Origin: an uncultured delta proteobacterium
GTDB lineage: Bacteria; Desulfobacterota; Desulfomonilia; UBA1062
Assembly (NCBI GenBank): GCA_963798485.1
Contig: CAWCTR010000009.1
Coordinates: 48,721 to 112,720, forward strand
DNA length: 64,000 bases
Reading direction: 5' to 3'
Shown: positions 10,641 to 23,699 of the stretch, piece by piece
Numbering within the stretch: position 1 is the stretch's first letter
Layout of the letters: every line of letters begins with the position of its first letter
Program-made: the position numbers and the translations under genes
The notes under the pieces: generated by a model
Told to the model about the DNA's origin: nothing
Seen by the model: the letters and a program-made list of their open reading frames with translations, nothing else
Database searches by the model: none

Positions 10641-10726
10641 TTTGACCCTTCCTTATCGCGTATGATCTTCATGGCGTGATTGCTTCGTGTAAAAAACGCT
10701 ATAATTACTTAATGATAAATGTTTTG

Positions 10727-10758
10727 CGAGGGGGCTCAGGCATGTCTGAGCCCCCTCG
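10727..10758 (-). terminator. Terminator hairpin after acs
   Basis: cgagggggctcag-gcatgt-ctgagccccctcg 13-bp stem. Confidence 0.75.
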
Positions 10759-10772
10759 TACTTTAACTGATC

Positions 10773-12734
<1,962 letters not shown>

Positions 12735-12817
12735 GTAATGCCTCCTTCTTCTAAAGAATATAATTTGCTTGGCATCCGCCATTATATATCCAAAGTCATG
12801 GTCAAGGTCAAGGAAAA

Positions 12818-12833
12818 ATGAATGATCATTCAT
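12818..12833. promoter_or_regulatory. Candidate FadR(YsiA) operator
   Basis: Perfect 16-bp palindrome ATGAATGATCATTCAT upstream of acs, resembling the Bacillus FadR box TGAATGA-N2-NTCA. Confidence 0.7.
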
Positions 12834-12863
12834 ATCTTGTTCCGACGCCTCTTTACAGTTCCT

Positions 12864-12891
12864 TTGCCGGTGAGAATAATTGTGGTATAAT
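12864..12891 (+). promoter_or_regulatory. Sigma70-type promoter
   Basis: TTGCCG-N16-TATAAT with an extended -10 TG. Confidence 0.5.
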
Positions 12892-12927
12892 CAATGCCGA
12901 TCATAGATGTCACAAAAAGGAGTCTGT

Positions 12928-14178
12928 ATGAGAAAGATACTACCGGTTTTGTCTTTCATGGTGTGCCTCTTGGTTCCTGCCTTGGCCTTCAGCATGGAGG
13001 CAACAGTTGAAATAACAGGCCCTCAGGAGCTGACCTCTTTGAAGTCAGGGATAGAAAAGAGTGTGATAACCCGATGCATTGCCAAGGGGATCGCACTCGA
13101 TAAATATCAAAAGATCACCATCTCTTTAAGCAAGTTGGGCGATATTATCTCCTATGATGCATTATTAGACACTAAACCCGCGAGGGCATTTCACAAGGAC
13201 CTCAAAGACACCTCCGCCCTGTCCGCAACCATCGACGAAATGATCGATGTAATCTTTTTTGAAACCGGAAAGCCCCAGGCCGCCGAGCAGAAGCCTTCCA
13301 AAGCATTGACGGACCAGGAGAGTGCCCCGAAGATCGTGTTACCCTTCATTGCAACATCCATTGCCGCTATCGGGGACAGGATATATGTGAGCGATACAAA
13401 GACACTCTATGAACTCAAGGGCGAGAAGACATCCCTCCTGTGGAGGGCGCCCGGGAACAATGAGATCCTCAGGATATATCCCTATGGCGAATCGATCCTT
13501 GTTTTGGCTAAGCTCCTGAATGATTGCAGGACATTCATGATCTTAGGGAAAGAGACAAAAGAACGATGGAGTAAGGCGGTAATTCCGCTGGGCAGTGGCC
13601 TGGTCTCTTCAAACCTGAACTTCGACAGGGTATATGGCGACATTCCATACATATGGTCCAAGGCAACTCAGGTGGCCGGAACATCACCACAGATCCCGGA
13701 TGGCCTTGATGTCGTCAGTTCCCTGTCTTCAGAGGCAATGACCGCATCCACAGGCACCAGGATTTTTACCTACAACCCGAAGGGTACGATGGTGGTCAGC
13801 GACGGCAAATCTATACTATGGACCGATGATACCAGTGCCGGAAACGCCCCCCAGTTCATCGAGGACTTGCCCGTAGATCGCAGCGATTCCGGAGATGAAC
13901 CCATTATTCGCTACTACCTGAGACCAAGAATGGTTACGATTGGGTCAAAGATCATCACCTTCAGGAACGGCCAGGGTACAACCAAGATGATATCAGGGTT
14001 GAATCTGTTTGAGTATTCGCAGGTACTTGCATACACCCAAACAGGAGATAATTTCACTAAAGACGAGCTTGCAACCTTCCCTGATAATTATTGTCCCGAT
14101 ATTGCTGTTATCCAAGGGAAAGTAGCCGCACTTCTCGTGAAAAACAATGTGACCTACGTGCAGTTTCTCGGACTGTAA
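12928..14178 (+). CDS. Hypothetical secreted protein
   Basis: Signal peptide MRKILPVLSFMVCLLVPALAFS after a GGAG RBS; beta-rich C-terminal part. Confidence 0.75.
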   Translation: MRKILPVLSFMVCLLVPALAFSMEATVEITGPQELTSLKSGIEKSVITRCIAKGIALDKYQKITISLSKLGDIISYDALLDTKPARAFHKDLKDTSALSATIDEMIDVIFFETGKPQAAEQKPSKALTDQESAPKIVLPFIATSIAAIGDRIYVSDTKTLYELKGEKTSLLWRAPGNNEILRIYPYGESILVLAKLLNDCRTFMILGKETKERWSKAVIPLGSGLVSSNLNFDRVYGDIPYIWSKATQVAGTSPQIPDGLDVVSSLSSEAMTASTGTRIFTYNPKGTMVVSDGKSILWTDDTSAGNAPQFIEDLPVDRSDSGDEPIIRYYLRPRMVTIGSKIITFRNGQGTTKMISGLNLFEYSQVLAYTQTGDNFTKDELATFPDNYCPDIAVIQGKVAALLVKNNVTYVQFLGL

Positions 14179-14193
14179 CGGTTAAGAATGCCC

Positions 14194-14394
14194 TTACATG
14201 GGCCAGAGGCCCTTTTTCGGCTTCTTACCGGTATCTTTGGATCCGGACTGTTTTGCTGCTTCCTCCTCCAGGTCCGAGTTCTTAATGGCCATGTCTCGGC
14301 TGAAATCAGGGCAGTGGATGCCCGCACCAGGTTTGAATTTCTTATTACAGTCGGCTCTCCATGCACATATGGGGCATAATGATCTGTCACTCAT
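14194..14394 (-). CDS. Small Cys-rich hypothetical protein
   Basis: CPICAWRADCNKKF...HCPDFSRD putative metal-binding motif. Confidence 0.65.
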   Translation of the reverse strand: MSDRSLCPICAWRADCNKKFKPGAGIHCPDFSRDMAIKNSDLEEEAAKQSGSKDTGKKPKKGLWPM

Positions 14395-14574
14395 GCTGCT
14401 AGTAATAAAGGGCATTTGGTACGTTGTCAACGGGAAATGAGGTGCACTGAAAAACCTGAAGTCCATAGAAGATTCATTCTTTATGGGTTGACAGGTAAAC
14501 CGGCCTACGTTAGTGGTGATAGGATGGTCATATAGTCATACAAGAGATCAATCAGACAGAAGGAGGTACTTGAA

Positions 14575-16473
14575 TTGTATAAATCTTATAGTGAAGCCTA
14601 CCGGCTTTCCCTGGAGGATAAGGACGGCTTCTGGTCGGAAGCGGCTGAAAAGATCCAATGGGAGAAAAAGTGGGACAAGGTACTGGATGATTCGAAGAAA
14701 CCATTCTACCGGTGGTTTGCAGGCGGCAGGCTGAACACCTGCTACAATGCCGTCGACTATCATGTAAATAACGGCCGTGGCGACCAGGTGGCAATCATCT
14801 ATGACAGCCCGGTGACAGGGATTGTCCGGAAGATAACCTATAAGGAATTCCTGAGCGATGTATCGTTGTGCGCCGGCATGCTGAAAAACTTGGGCGTGAT
14901 CAAGGGCGACCGGGTAATCATCTATATGCCCATGATCCCCGAGACCATGGTCGCCATGCTGGCCTGCGCACGCATCGGGGCGATCCACTCGGTGGTATTC
15001 GGCGGGTTTGCCCCCAACGAGCTGGCTGTGAGGATCGAGGATGCCAAGCCTAAAGTCTGCATATCGGGTTCCTGCGGCATCGAGCCCAAGGGTGCGATTC
15101 CCTACAAACCCCTGCTTGACAAGGCCATCGAGCTGTCATCGCACAAACCCGAAAAGTGCATAATCTTCCAGCGGCCCCAGGTGAAGGCCGACCTCATACC
15201 CGGCAGGGACATCGACTGGGCTGAGGCCGTCAAGGGAGCATCACCTGCGGATTGCGTCATGGTGGATGCTGTCGATCCGCTCTATATCCTCTATACATCA
15301 GGTACAACCGGCAAGCCTAAGGGGGTCATGAGGGATAACGGGGGCCATGCCGTAGCGCTCAAGTGGAGCATGGAGAACATTTACAACGTGAAACCCGGAG
15401 ATGTCTACTGGGCCGCTTCAGACGTGGGCTGGGTCGTGGGACATTCCTACATTGTATATGCCCCGCTGCTCTATGGGTGCACCACCATACTCTACGAGGG
15501 CAAGCCCGTGGGAACACCCGACCCCGGTGCATTCTGGCGGGTCATCTCAGAGTACAAGGTAAAGGTGCTCTTCACGGCACCCACTGCGTTCCGTGCAATC
15601 AAAAAGGAAGACCCTGAAGGGTCATATATCAAAAAATACGATATCTCCTGCCTGAAGCACCTCTTCCTGGCAGGGGAGCGGCTCGACACGGACACCTACC
15701 ACTGGGCAAGCAGTCTGCTGAATATCCCGGTCATAGACCACTGGTGGCAGACAGAGACCGGCTGGGCCATTGCAGCCAACTGTATGGGTATCGAGCATCT
15801 GAGGGTAAAGGCAGGCTCCCCCACAAAACCGGCACCCGGTTTTGATGTGCACATCCTTGATGAAACTGCAAAAGAGCTGCCCAAAGGCAAGGAAGGCGTT
15901 ATCGGCATAAGGCTCCCCCTGCCGCCCGCCTGCCTGCCCACGCTCTGGCAGAACGACGAGGGCTTCGTGTCCTCGTACCTGAGTGAGTATCCCGGCTATT
16001 ATGCAACCGGCGACGGCGGGTACATGGATGACGATGGTTATATCTACATCATGGGCAGGGTGGACGACGTCATCAATGTTGCGGGTCACCGGCTCTCAAC
16101 AGGCGGCATGGAGGAGGTGGTTGCAAAGCACCAGGATGTGGCCGAGTGCGCGGTCATCGGCGTAAACGACGTCCTGAAGGGCCAGGTGCCTATAGGCTTT
16201 ATCGTGCTGAAGGCCGGCGTAAGCAGGCCGAATAACGAGATCACGAAGGAAGTGGTTACCATGGTGCGGGGTGAGATCGGGGCCTTGGCCTGCCTGAAGG
16301 ACGTGGTCGTGGTTCCTCGCCTTCCCAAGACACGAAGCGGCAAGATCCTGCGGGCCACCATGCGCAAGATCGCTGATGGAGAGGAGTACAAGGTACCCTC
16401 CACCATCGATGACCCGGCATCGCTGCAGGATATCCAGGGGGCCACGAAGATCATCGGCTACCCGAAGAACTAA
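14575..16473 (+). CDS. prpE: Propionyl-CoA synthetase
   Basis: [47 protein letters not shown]; TTG start after GGAGG. Confidence 0.92.
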   Translation: MYKSYSEAYRLSLEDKDGFWSEAAEKIQWEKKWDKVLDDSKKPFYRWFAGGRLNTCYNAVDYHVNNGRGDQVAIIYDSPVTGIVRKITYKEFLSDVSLCAGMLKNLGVIKGDRVIIYMPMIPETMVAMLACARIGAIHSVVFGGFAPNELAVRIEDAKPKVCISGSCGIEPKGAIPYKPLLDKAIELSSHKPEKCIIFQRPQVKADLIPGRDIDWAEAVKGASPADCVMVDAVDPLYILYTSGTTGKPKGVMRDNGGHAVALKWSMENIYNVKPGDVYWAASDVGWVVGHSYIVYAPLLYGCTTILYEGKPVGTPDPGAFWRVISEYKVKVLFTAPTAFRAIKKEDPEGSYIKKYDISCLKHLFLAGERLDTDTYHWASSLLNIPVIDHWWQTETGWAIAANCMGIEHLRVKAGSPTKPAPGFDVHILDETAKELPKGKEGVIGIRLPLPPACLPTLWQNDEGFVSSYLSEYPGYYATGDGGYMDDDGYIYIMGRVDDVINVAGHRLSTGGMEEVVAKHQDVAECAVIGVNDVLKGQVPIGFIVLKAGVSRPNNEITKEVVTMVRGEIGALACLKDVVVVPRLPKTRSGKILRATMRKIADGEEYKVPSTIDDPASLQDIQGATKIIGYPKN

Positions 16474-16486
16474 GACGAGGCGGAAT

Positions 16487-16522
16487 GAACGAGGGCAGTG
16501 CCAAAGTAGCCCTCGTTCTTTT
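16487..16522 (+). terminator. Intrinsic terminator after prpE
   Basis: gaacgagggc/gccctcgttc stem followed by TTTT. Confidence 0.7.
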
Positions 16523-16551
16523 ATTATAACTTATGAAAGTGGGGGTATTGC

Positions 16552-17115
16552 ATGTCTGAACAGAAAATAGGTAATCCTGCGGTTGTCGGCCTGGCCGGAT
16601 TCGGTATGACCACGCTGATTCTCCAGTTCCACAATGTCGGATGGTGCGGCGCCGGTCCGGTCGTAGCCATGGGGCTCATCTTCGGGGGGCTGGCGCAATT
16701 GATCGCAGGCCTGCAGGAGATCAAGACAGGTAATAATTTCGGGTACAGCGCATTCACTGCGTACGGTGCATTCTGGATCGGGCTAGCGGTGATCCTATTG
16801 TGCAACAACTATGGGGTATATGCCTCCTCCCCGACAGACCTCGGATGGTATCTTGTGGGCTGGACAATCTACACCGCCATCATGTGGATAGGGTCCATGC
16901 GGGTCAACTCTATGCTGGCCTTAACCTTCACCCTGCTGCTCATCGGATTTATCCTGCTGGACCTCGTACATTTCGGCTACCCGGCCCTTAAGTCAATTGC
17001 AGGCTACGATCTCATGGCCTGTGCCTTTTCTGCATGGTATGTGATGGCGCACCTCATCTACGCAGACGTGTTCGGGAGAGATGTGCTGCCGGTGGGCAAG
17101 CCCTGGATTAACTAA
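16552..17115 (+). CDS. satP: Acetate/succinate uptake transporter (GPR1/FUN34/YaaH family)
   Basis: N-terminal NPAVVGLAGFG, GGLAQLIAG and AFTAYGAFW motifs. Confidence 0.9.
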   Translation: MSEQKIGNPAVVGLAGFGMTTLILQFHNVGWCGAGPVVAMGLIFGGLAQLIAGLQEIKTGNNFGYSAFTAYGAFWIGLAVILLCNNYGVYASSPTDLGWYLVGWTIYTAIMWIGSMRVNSMLALTFTLLLIGFILLDLVHFGYPALKSIAGYDLMACAFSAWYVMAHLIYADVFGRDVLPVGKPWIN

Positions 17116-17118
17116 TAT

Positions 17119-18357
17119 TTAAAGCAGCGGTTCGAGGGCCTGGATGTAGCGATCGGTGACACCCTGCTCACCCTTGAGGGCATCCAGGGCCCTTTTTCCC
17201 TTTTCACGTGAGCCATCAAGGTTCTTCAGGATCTTGATGATCGCTTCTGCAAGCCCACGTGCATCCCTTACTACAAAGGTGTTGCCTTTGACGGCATCCA
17301 GTGCCCAGGTGAAGTTGTCCATGTGCGGGCCATGCATGGTGGGGACCCCCCAGGCGACAGGCTCAAGGATGTTCTGTCCGCCGAGATCCACAAGCGAGCC
17401 CCCCACAAAGGCTGCATCGCTTACCCCATAGAGCCTGAACAGCTCGCCCATAGTATCGATGATGAGAAGGTCGACATCCTTTGCCCCTTTGCTTCGAAGC
17501 CCCCATTTTATATCGAGCCCCGCGGCCATTTGTGCGATATATTCGATCCTGTCCGGGTGCCGGGGCGCGATGATGGAATAGAGCCCTTTGATAGAAGATG
17601 CCGCCCTTATGATGGCATCGACCACCATGTTCTCCTCACCTTCACGGACACTTCCGGCAATGAAAATGGGCCTCGATCCTGACCCGAGGCCCTCCCGCAA
17701 AGATGCCGCTTGGGCATTGTCGGATGCTCTCACTGCGTCAAGCTTCAGGTTGCCCAGCACCTCCACCCGAAGTGCCCCCAAGGCGGAAAACCTCTGAGCA
17801 TCGGGGGCTGCTATGGCAAGGACCCTTACCTTTTTGAACATATCTTTTAAGAACCATGACACCTTGCGATAGTTCTCATAAGACTTCCCGGACATACGCG
17901 CATTCACAAACACAACCGGTATGGACAGATCTTGCGCGGCAAGGAGCATATTCGGCCAGATCTCCGTCTCCACCACCAGGATGGCGCATGGCATGAGCCT
18001 GAGGAGATACCTCTTCATCACCCAGAAAATATCAAAGGGAAAGGGGAAGACAAGGTCCTTTTCAGGCATCTTGCAGGCCTCCTCCCTGCCTGTGGCGGTC
18101 ATGGGAGACATGAATATGAACACCTCAGGCCACCTGTGCCTTATTGCCTTGACCAGGCCGGATACTGCCTTGACCTCCCCCACTGAGGCCGCATGAATCC
18201 AGACGGCCTTTCTGAGCGCAGGGGCCTCGGGTAGCACGAATCCAAGCCTCTGGGCAATAGTGCCCTTGAAATTCGGATGACGCCTAAGGAAGAAGGCCAG
18301 AGGCCACACGCCGATGGCACCGAGGAGCCGGTAGACGAAGAGCGCTAGCGCTGCCAT
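17119..18357 (-). CDS. waaA: 3-deoxy-D-manno-octulosonic acid transferase
   Basis: WIHAASVGE, ETEIWPN, APRHPDR, FVGGSL...GGQNILEP. Confidence 0.95.
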   Translation of the reverse strand: MAALALFVYRLLGAIGVWPLAFFLRRHPNFKGTIAQRLGFVLPEAPALRKAVWIHAASVGEVKAVSGLVKAIRHRWPEVFIFMSPMTATGREEACKMPEKDLVFPFPFDIFWVMKRYLLRLMPCAILVVETEIWPNMLLAAQDLSIPVVFVNARMSGKSYENYRKVSWFLKDMFKKVRVLAIAAPDAQRFSALGALRVEVLGNLKLDAVRASDNAQAASLREGLGSGSRPIFIAGSVREGEENMVVDAIIRAASSIKGLYSIIAPRHPDRIEYIAQMAAGLDIKWGLRSKGAKDVDLLIIDTMGELFRLYGVSDAAFVGGSLVDLGGQNILEPVAWGVPTMHGPHMDNFTWALDAVKGNTFVVRDARGLAEAIIKILKNLDGSREKGKRALDALKGEQGVTDRYIQALEPLL

Positions 18358-19058
18358 TGTTTAAGGAGCCTTTCTAAATCCTGTGGTGTATTGATCTCGT
18401 AGAATTCTCCCTGGGCTATGATAACCCTGATGGGTATGCCGTTTTCCAGGGCCCTCAACTGCTCCAGCGATTCGGTGCTCTCAAGGGAGGAAGGGGGAAG
18501 AGAGGTAAACCGCAGGAGCGTCTGCCTTGAAAACCCATAGATCCCGATATGCTTGAGCATGGTCGCATCTCCGGCATTGCGGGTAAAGGGTATGGGGGAA
18601 CGGGAGAAGTACAAGGCATTTCCGGCGAGGTCGCATACCACCTTTACACAGTTCGGGTCATCCCTATCATCGGGCAAGGCCTTTGTTGCTATAGTCGCCA
18701 TGGAAGCGCCTGCCTTAAGCTCCTTCACGAGCCGGGCAAGGGCATCGATATCAAGGATAATCTGGTCGCCCTGGACATTCACGATATAATCTGCATTTAT
18801 CCCGGAGATGGCCTGTGCCACACGGTCTGTGCCAGAAGGACACTCGGGACTTGTCATGGCCACTTGGCCGCCGAACGCCTCAGCGGCATTTTGTATCCTT
18901 ACATCATCAGTGGCTATAAGCACCTTGTCGATATCTTCGCAGGCTGCCACCTGCTCATAGATGCGCCTGATCATGGGCTTGCCTGCGATATCCACAAGCG
19001 GTTTGCCGGGAAAACGCGATGCACCGTAACGGGCGGGGATAACGGCTACAACGCTCAT
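18345..19058 (-). CDS. kdsB: CMP-KDO synthetase
   Basis: IPARYGASRFPGKPL, SGTDR, NVQGD, ESLEQLRALENG. Confidence 0.96.
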   Translation of the reverse strand: MSVVAVIPARYGASRFPGKPLVDIAGKPMIRRIYEQVAACEDIDKVLIATDDVRIQNAAEAFGGQVAMTSPECPSGTDRVAQAISGINADYIVNVQGDQIILDIDALARLVKELKAGASMATIATKALPDDRDDPNCVKVVCDLAGNALYFSRSPIPFTRNAGDATMLKHIGIYGFSRQTLLRFTSLPPSSLESTESLEQLRALENGIPIRVIIAQGEFYEINTPQDLERLLKQWQR

Positions 19059-19059
19059 A

Positions 19060-19608
19060 TCAGCTTATATCCACGCCGGCATTGACGGCGTCAAGGGCAC
19101 GCAAGTGCTCATTATAGGAACCATCATCATACAAAACCATACGGACAAGCTCGATGCCCGTATTGCCTTCGAGATACTCCTTGATGGCCTTGATGGCAAC
19201 ATAGGCGGCCTTATCAACCGGGTAACCGAAGATCCCGGTGCTCAGTGCAGGAAAGGAGATGGACTTGACCTTATGCATGTCGGCAAGTTGAAGGGAATTG
19301 ACATAGCACGAACTCAACAATACCGCATCCTCCTTAGAACCGCTGTAGACCGGCCCTACCGTGTGGATCACATAGGTATTCGGCAAACCATGTCCGCCTG
19401 TGATCTTGGCCTGGCCCGTCTCACAGCCGCCGAGCATCTTGCATTCCTCCCACAACCCGGGCCCCGCAGCCCGGTGAATGGCCCCTGCAACACCGCCGCC
19501 CGGTGCAAGCTTCTTGTTCGCTGCATTCACCACTGCCTCGGTGTCCTGGGCCGTTATATCCCCCTTCATGAACTGGAGCCTGGATTTTCCAACTCGGGTT
19601 TCCTTCAT
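19060..19608 (-). CDS. Macro domain protein (YmdB-like ADP-ribose hydrolase)
   Basis: GDIT, VNAAN, GGGVAGAIHRAAG, HTVGP, PALSTGIFGYP. Confidence 0.93.
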   Translation of the reverse strand: MKETRVGKSRLQFMKGDITAQDTEAVVNAANKKLAPGGGVAGAIHRAAGPGLWEECKMLGGCETGQAKITGGHGLPNTYVIHTVGPVYSGSKEDAVLLSSCYVNSLQLADMHKVKSISFPALSTGIFGYPVDKAAYVAIKAIKEYLEGNTGIELVRMVLYDDGSYNEHLRALDAVNAGVDIS

Positions 19609-19806
19609 CTTCACCCTCCCCTGCAATGAAGAATCTTTTCAAACACTATACCCTTAAGAACTCTTTTTCTGTATACCGTATTCCCCATCAGTGCAATCAA
19701 AGCTGTAAGGATATTGGCCATGTCCTTAAGGCTATTCTTCACTCATCCATTATTCCTCCAACCTTGACTCATAAAATATTGTGTGCTACCCAAGGGAGGC
19801 TCACGT

Positions 19807-19879
<73 letters not shown>

Positions 19880-20069
19880 TAAGGAATATCAATTACTTAA
19901 ACAGATTCACCAATTCTTTCGATCTTTAATTTTTAACCTATTGCTAACCTGGATACAGTTTTTACTCTTTGGTCAAATCCTCACTTCATGAAAAAAAGAC
20001 GGGGTATACAACCGCCTGCGTTATGCCTTCAACTGTTGAGTATGGTGCATTATCTATAATATAAAGACA

Positions 20070-20168
20070 TCATTTCTGTGATTTTGATTTTTCCAACTTC
20101 TGCATGAATTCACTGGCCAGTCGTTGTGCTTCGGCAATTTGAGCCGGAGTCATCACCCTAGCAATTAC
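20070..20168 (-). pseudogene. C-terminal remnant of a Sel1-repeat protein
   Basis: Reads IARVMTPAQIAEAQRLASEF..., the typical Sel1 protein C-terminal cap; no upstream gene body. Confidence 0.6.
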
Positions 20169-20237
20169 ACGTGATCTTCAGTTTGCGATCTTCAAGTCAG
20201 CAACTAAGTAGATTTCTAGTCCAAATATATCTTTTTA

Positions 20238-22790
20238 TCACATCTTGCCTTTGAAAAAAGCCTGCTTTAGCTCTGTGATGTCACGGGCATGAATAGCAAT
20301 TCTGGTAACCTTACCCTGTTCATTAAGAACTGGAAACAAGCTGGTGTGCATTAATCTTCCTCGATTCTCATCTTCAAAACGTCTAGGGTCCCCTGAGCTG
20401 ATGACTTGTTCGAAGTAAATCTTTCTCCTATTCAACACCTCTTTTGGCAGGTAATCCAAAAGACAGGTCCCCAACAATTCGTTAACACTTCTGCCTAAAC
20501 TCTCTGAAGCAGCTTTGTTTATATAAATTATTGTACCGGTGATGTCGATCAAAACCATGAAATCTGTGCATGCATTCACTAGCGCCTGGGCTGTTGCTTC
20601 AGTCTCCCGCAGTAACCCTTCCTTCTTGATGCGTTCTGTGATTTCTCTGGCAACAGAGATTACCTCCACCACACGGCCATCCCGTTTCAGGGGGCTGCTG
20701 CTTATCACGCCAAATTTTCGTTTTCCATCTTTGGCGATGAACTCGTAGATGGAAGAATTGATTGTCTGTCCTGAGAGTAGATGCAAAGCTTCATCAAGAG
20801 CCTCATCCATGTATTCAGGAGATAACACACCAACTCTATGGACGGGTTTTCCAATAAGGTCCTCAGGTTTGTACCCAAGGACTTTCTCTACGTTCGGTGA
20901 GACACTTTTGATCCTTAATTTGTGATCAAAGGAAAACATGACATCATCAGTGAGTGAGAAATGGGTACGGTACCTATCCAGGGTTTCGAGAAGGGCCTGT
21001 TCTTTTTCGATGCGCTCGGTAACGTCCCTGGCTACAGAGATCAAAGTGGCGCCACTACTTTTCTTTATGAGGGGGACACCGCTCAACTCGCCGAATTTCG
21101 TCTTTCCATCTTTCGTGATGAATCGGTAAGTCGGATGGTGAGTCTCTCCTCCTGAGAGCACATGCTTAGCATCGTCATAGGCCTTGCCCATGTCGTCCGG
21201 ATGGAGTACGTCCATCTCCTGAAAGGTCCTGCCGACCAGTTCCTGTGGCTTGTATCCGAGGACCCTTTCCACGTTCGGTGTGACACTTAGGACCCTGAAC
21301 TCATCATCACTTGTGAACATGACATCGTTGCTGAGTGAAAAATGGATGCGGAATATCTCTTCATTTACGCGCAACGCATCCTTCGTCCGCTTGCTCGCCT
21401 CGATCTCCTGTTTCAGTCTCTTATTTGCCTGAATGAATTTGGTTGTGCGTTCTCCGACCAGGTCTTCCAGATGATCACGGTAAGTCTTCAGTTCCTCTTC
21501 AGCCCGTTTGCGCTCAGTGATGTCGCGAGCAGTTATTACAATGCCATTGATTGCAGGATCTTCGAGGAGATTCTGCCCAAGGGCCTCCAGGTAAACCCAG
21601 GTGCCGTCAGCCTTGCGGCAACGGAATTCAGTAGGTATACCGGGATTGGTCTTCAGGTAGACTTCGTTTAGATCGTTTGTAACCCTTTCGAAATCATCGG
21701 GATGGATTAATTCAAATGGCGACTTGCCAATAAGATAACCAGGTTGGTAACCGAGGATGCTCTCCAAGGATAGGGTTTCATAGGTAATAACCCCGTCCGC
21801 GTTCAGCATTATGATCATATCCAAAGATTTCTGAATGAGGGAACGAAAGCGTTTCTCACTCTCCCGCATGGCTGATTCGGCACGCCTGCGGTCAGTGATA
21901 TCACGCGATACTCCATGGATTCCAATGATTTTGGCTGAATCGTCCCGTATTGCAGACACAACACATTCCATCCATACGGTGGAACCATTCTTGTGATAAT
22001 ATTCCAGCTCCAGTTTGATAGTTCTATCTGGATCAACACCCTCTTCCTGCTCGCGCTTGAGTTCTGCACTCAGGACTTCTAGCGCTTGTGCAAAAGAATC
22101 AGGGGTTAGCATCTTGTGGGCTTCCTGTGTCATGCGCTCGTTCACGGTGAACCCCAGGACTCTTTCTACTGCAGGACTGTCATAGGTGACATTGAAATCC
22201 AGATCCGCCGTCCAGACGATGTCGTTCATGTTTTCTGTAAGAAACCGGTACTTGGCCTCGCTCTTGCGCAGCGCTTCCTCAGCTCTCTTACGCTCAGAAA
22301 TGTCACTGGTGATCCCCATAATACCCTTGATCCTACCTGCCTTATTATGGAGAGGATTCATGGTGACTTCGACCCAGAAAGTAGAACCGTCCTTGTGGAT
22401 CATTTCAAACTCAGAAGTGATTGACCAATCAGGGCCGTGCCGATGGCCGCTCATCTCCAAATGTTGCTCTCTCTCGAACATCTCCATGGCCTTCTTATAG
22501 GAATCGGACGTCAGGATTTGGTCGAGCTTTTGTTGCATAGCCTCCTCAACGCTGTATCCTCTTAAGCGTTTGACCGATGGGCTTATATAAGTGTAGCCTA
22601 GATTGAGATCAAAGACCCAGACTACATCGTGTGCATTCTCTACAAGATTGCGAAAGTGCTCTTCGCTCCCCTTGATTGCCTCTTCAATTCTTTTATGATC
22701 TGATGCTGATTTTCTTAATTCATAAATCAGTTGTCGTGCTTCAGCCAATTCGATCATGAGCTGATCTTTAGTTGGTTTTGTGTGTCTCAT
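20238..22790 (-). CDS. Multi-PAS sensor protein without an output domain
   Basis: Six PAS/PAC units (SP.V...LGY; KDG...W; RDITER); ends right after the last DITE motif. Confidence 0.88.
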   Translation of the reverse strand: MRHTKPTKDQLMIELAEARQLIYELRKSASDHKRIEEAIKGSEEHFRNLVENAHDVVWVFDLNLGYTYISPSVKRLRGYSVEEAMQQKLDQILTSDSYKKAMEMFEREQHLEMSGHRHGPDWSITSEFEMIHKDGSTFWVEVTMNPLHNKAGRIKGIMGITSDISERKRAEEALRKSEAKYRFLTENMNDIVWTADLDFNVTYDSPAVERVLGFTVNERMTQEAHKMLTPDSFAQALEVLSAELKREQEEGVDPDRTIKLELEYYHKNGSTVWMECVVSAIRDDSAKIIGIHGVSRDITDRRRAESAMRESEKRFRSLIQKSLDMIIMLNADGVITYETLSLESILGYQPGYLIGKSPFELIHPDDFERVTNDLNEVYLKTNPGIPTEFRCRKADGTWVYLEALGQNLLEDPAINGIVITARDITERKRAEEELKTYRDHLEDLVGERTTKFIQANKRLKQEIEASKRTKDALRVNEEIFRIHFSLSNDVMFTSDDEFRVLSVTPNVERVLGYKPQELVGRTFQEMDVLHPDDMGKAYDDAKHVLSGGETHHPTYRFITKDGKTKFGELSGVPLIKKSSGATLISVARDVTERIEKEQALLETLDRYRTHFSLTDDVMFSFDHKLRIKSVSPNVEKVLGYKPEDLIGKPVHRVGVLSPEYMDEALDEALHLLSGQTINSSIYEFIAKDGKRKFGVISSSPLKRDGRVVEVISVAREITERIKKEGLLRETEATAQALVNACTDFMVLIDITGTIIYINKAASESLGRSVNELLGTCLLDYLPKEVLNRRKIYFEQVISSGDPRRFEDENRGRLMHTSLFPVLNEQGKVTRIAIHARDITELKQAFFKGKM

Positions 22791-23124
22791 TTTGATTCCC
22801 TCGATTGTTAATCATGTAAAATAACAAATAAATATACCTAATAAATATTATATGTTAATACAATTCATATTATTGCTCAGGCAAGTAAATATGTAAACAT
22901 ATGAACAGAGCGTTGGAGATTAAGGGCTAGCCTTGTCATATGACTCGATCATTTTTCATTGATGTTTTTAATTGCCGAAGCAATAATCTATTTAATTTTA
23001 TCAATAATTGATGAGACCCCTCGAGTCAATCCAGGAATGAATGACCTGACTCTTTGATAATGTCCTTTGTTGAACTCGTTAGAAATGTCTCCCCATGAAA
23101 AGATAGCTAAGATATAGGGTAATC

Positions 23125-23320
23125 GGTTTTCTTTATAGCAATCACATACGATAGGAAAGTTGATTCCTGCTATATCTTCCCAGTTATATGATGCTCAGAA
23201 ACTGATGATTTTGGAAATAAATCTATGCCAAGGGGCATGAATACTCAGAGTGCCGATTTTGTCACGTGATCTATGGTTTTGAAAATCCCAACTCAGTTCG
23301 ATGCCTCTGGCACATTATCT
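23125..23320 (+). repeat. Dispersed repeat family copy R1 (with duplicated tctatg...tggcac sub-block)
   Basis: gaaactgatgattttgg...tctatg...cagag; 23271-23313 is near-identical to 36632-36674. Confidence 0.7.
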
Positions 23321-23699
23321 CCAGTTAGAGTCAACTAGTTATTACTTCATTCCAATTATTGCACAAGGATCATAATGTTATAATGTTGAAGGTCGATTAA
23401 CCATTATTGCTTAATGCAAAAGCATGACTCAGAGGGACTATGTTTTTATTTTTTTATAATTGCTTGAGCACAAGTGGAGTAAGATGTACTTATACTTATA
23501 CCACCTTGAGGAACCCAGCCTTGCTTTATTTCTTCATTTACTAGTCCTTCTAGTCTTTTAATAGCATCTTCATAATCTTTTCCAGAATATGTGGTGAGAA
23601 TTTTGTATTGCATGGTCTACCTCCAATTATAATCTGGTGTAATATTGTGCCAGTCGTTTTGGGGGACCATTATATCATGAGCTTTGTATCAGATCTATT

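Noticed and set aside
12735-12833. N-terminal extension of acs given in the ORF track
   Set aside because: The RBS precedes ATG 12734; the extension covers the promoter/operator region
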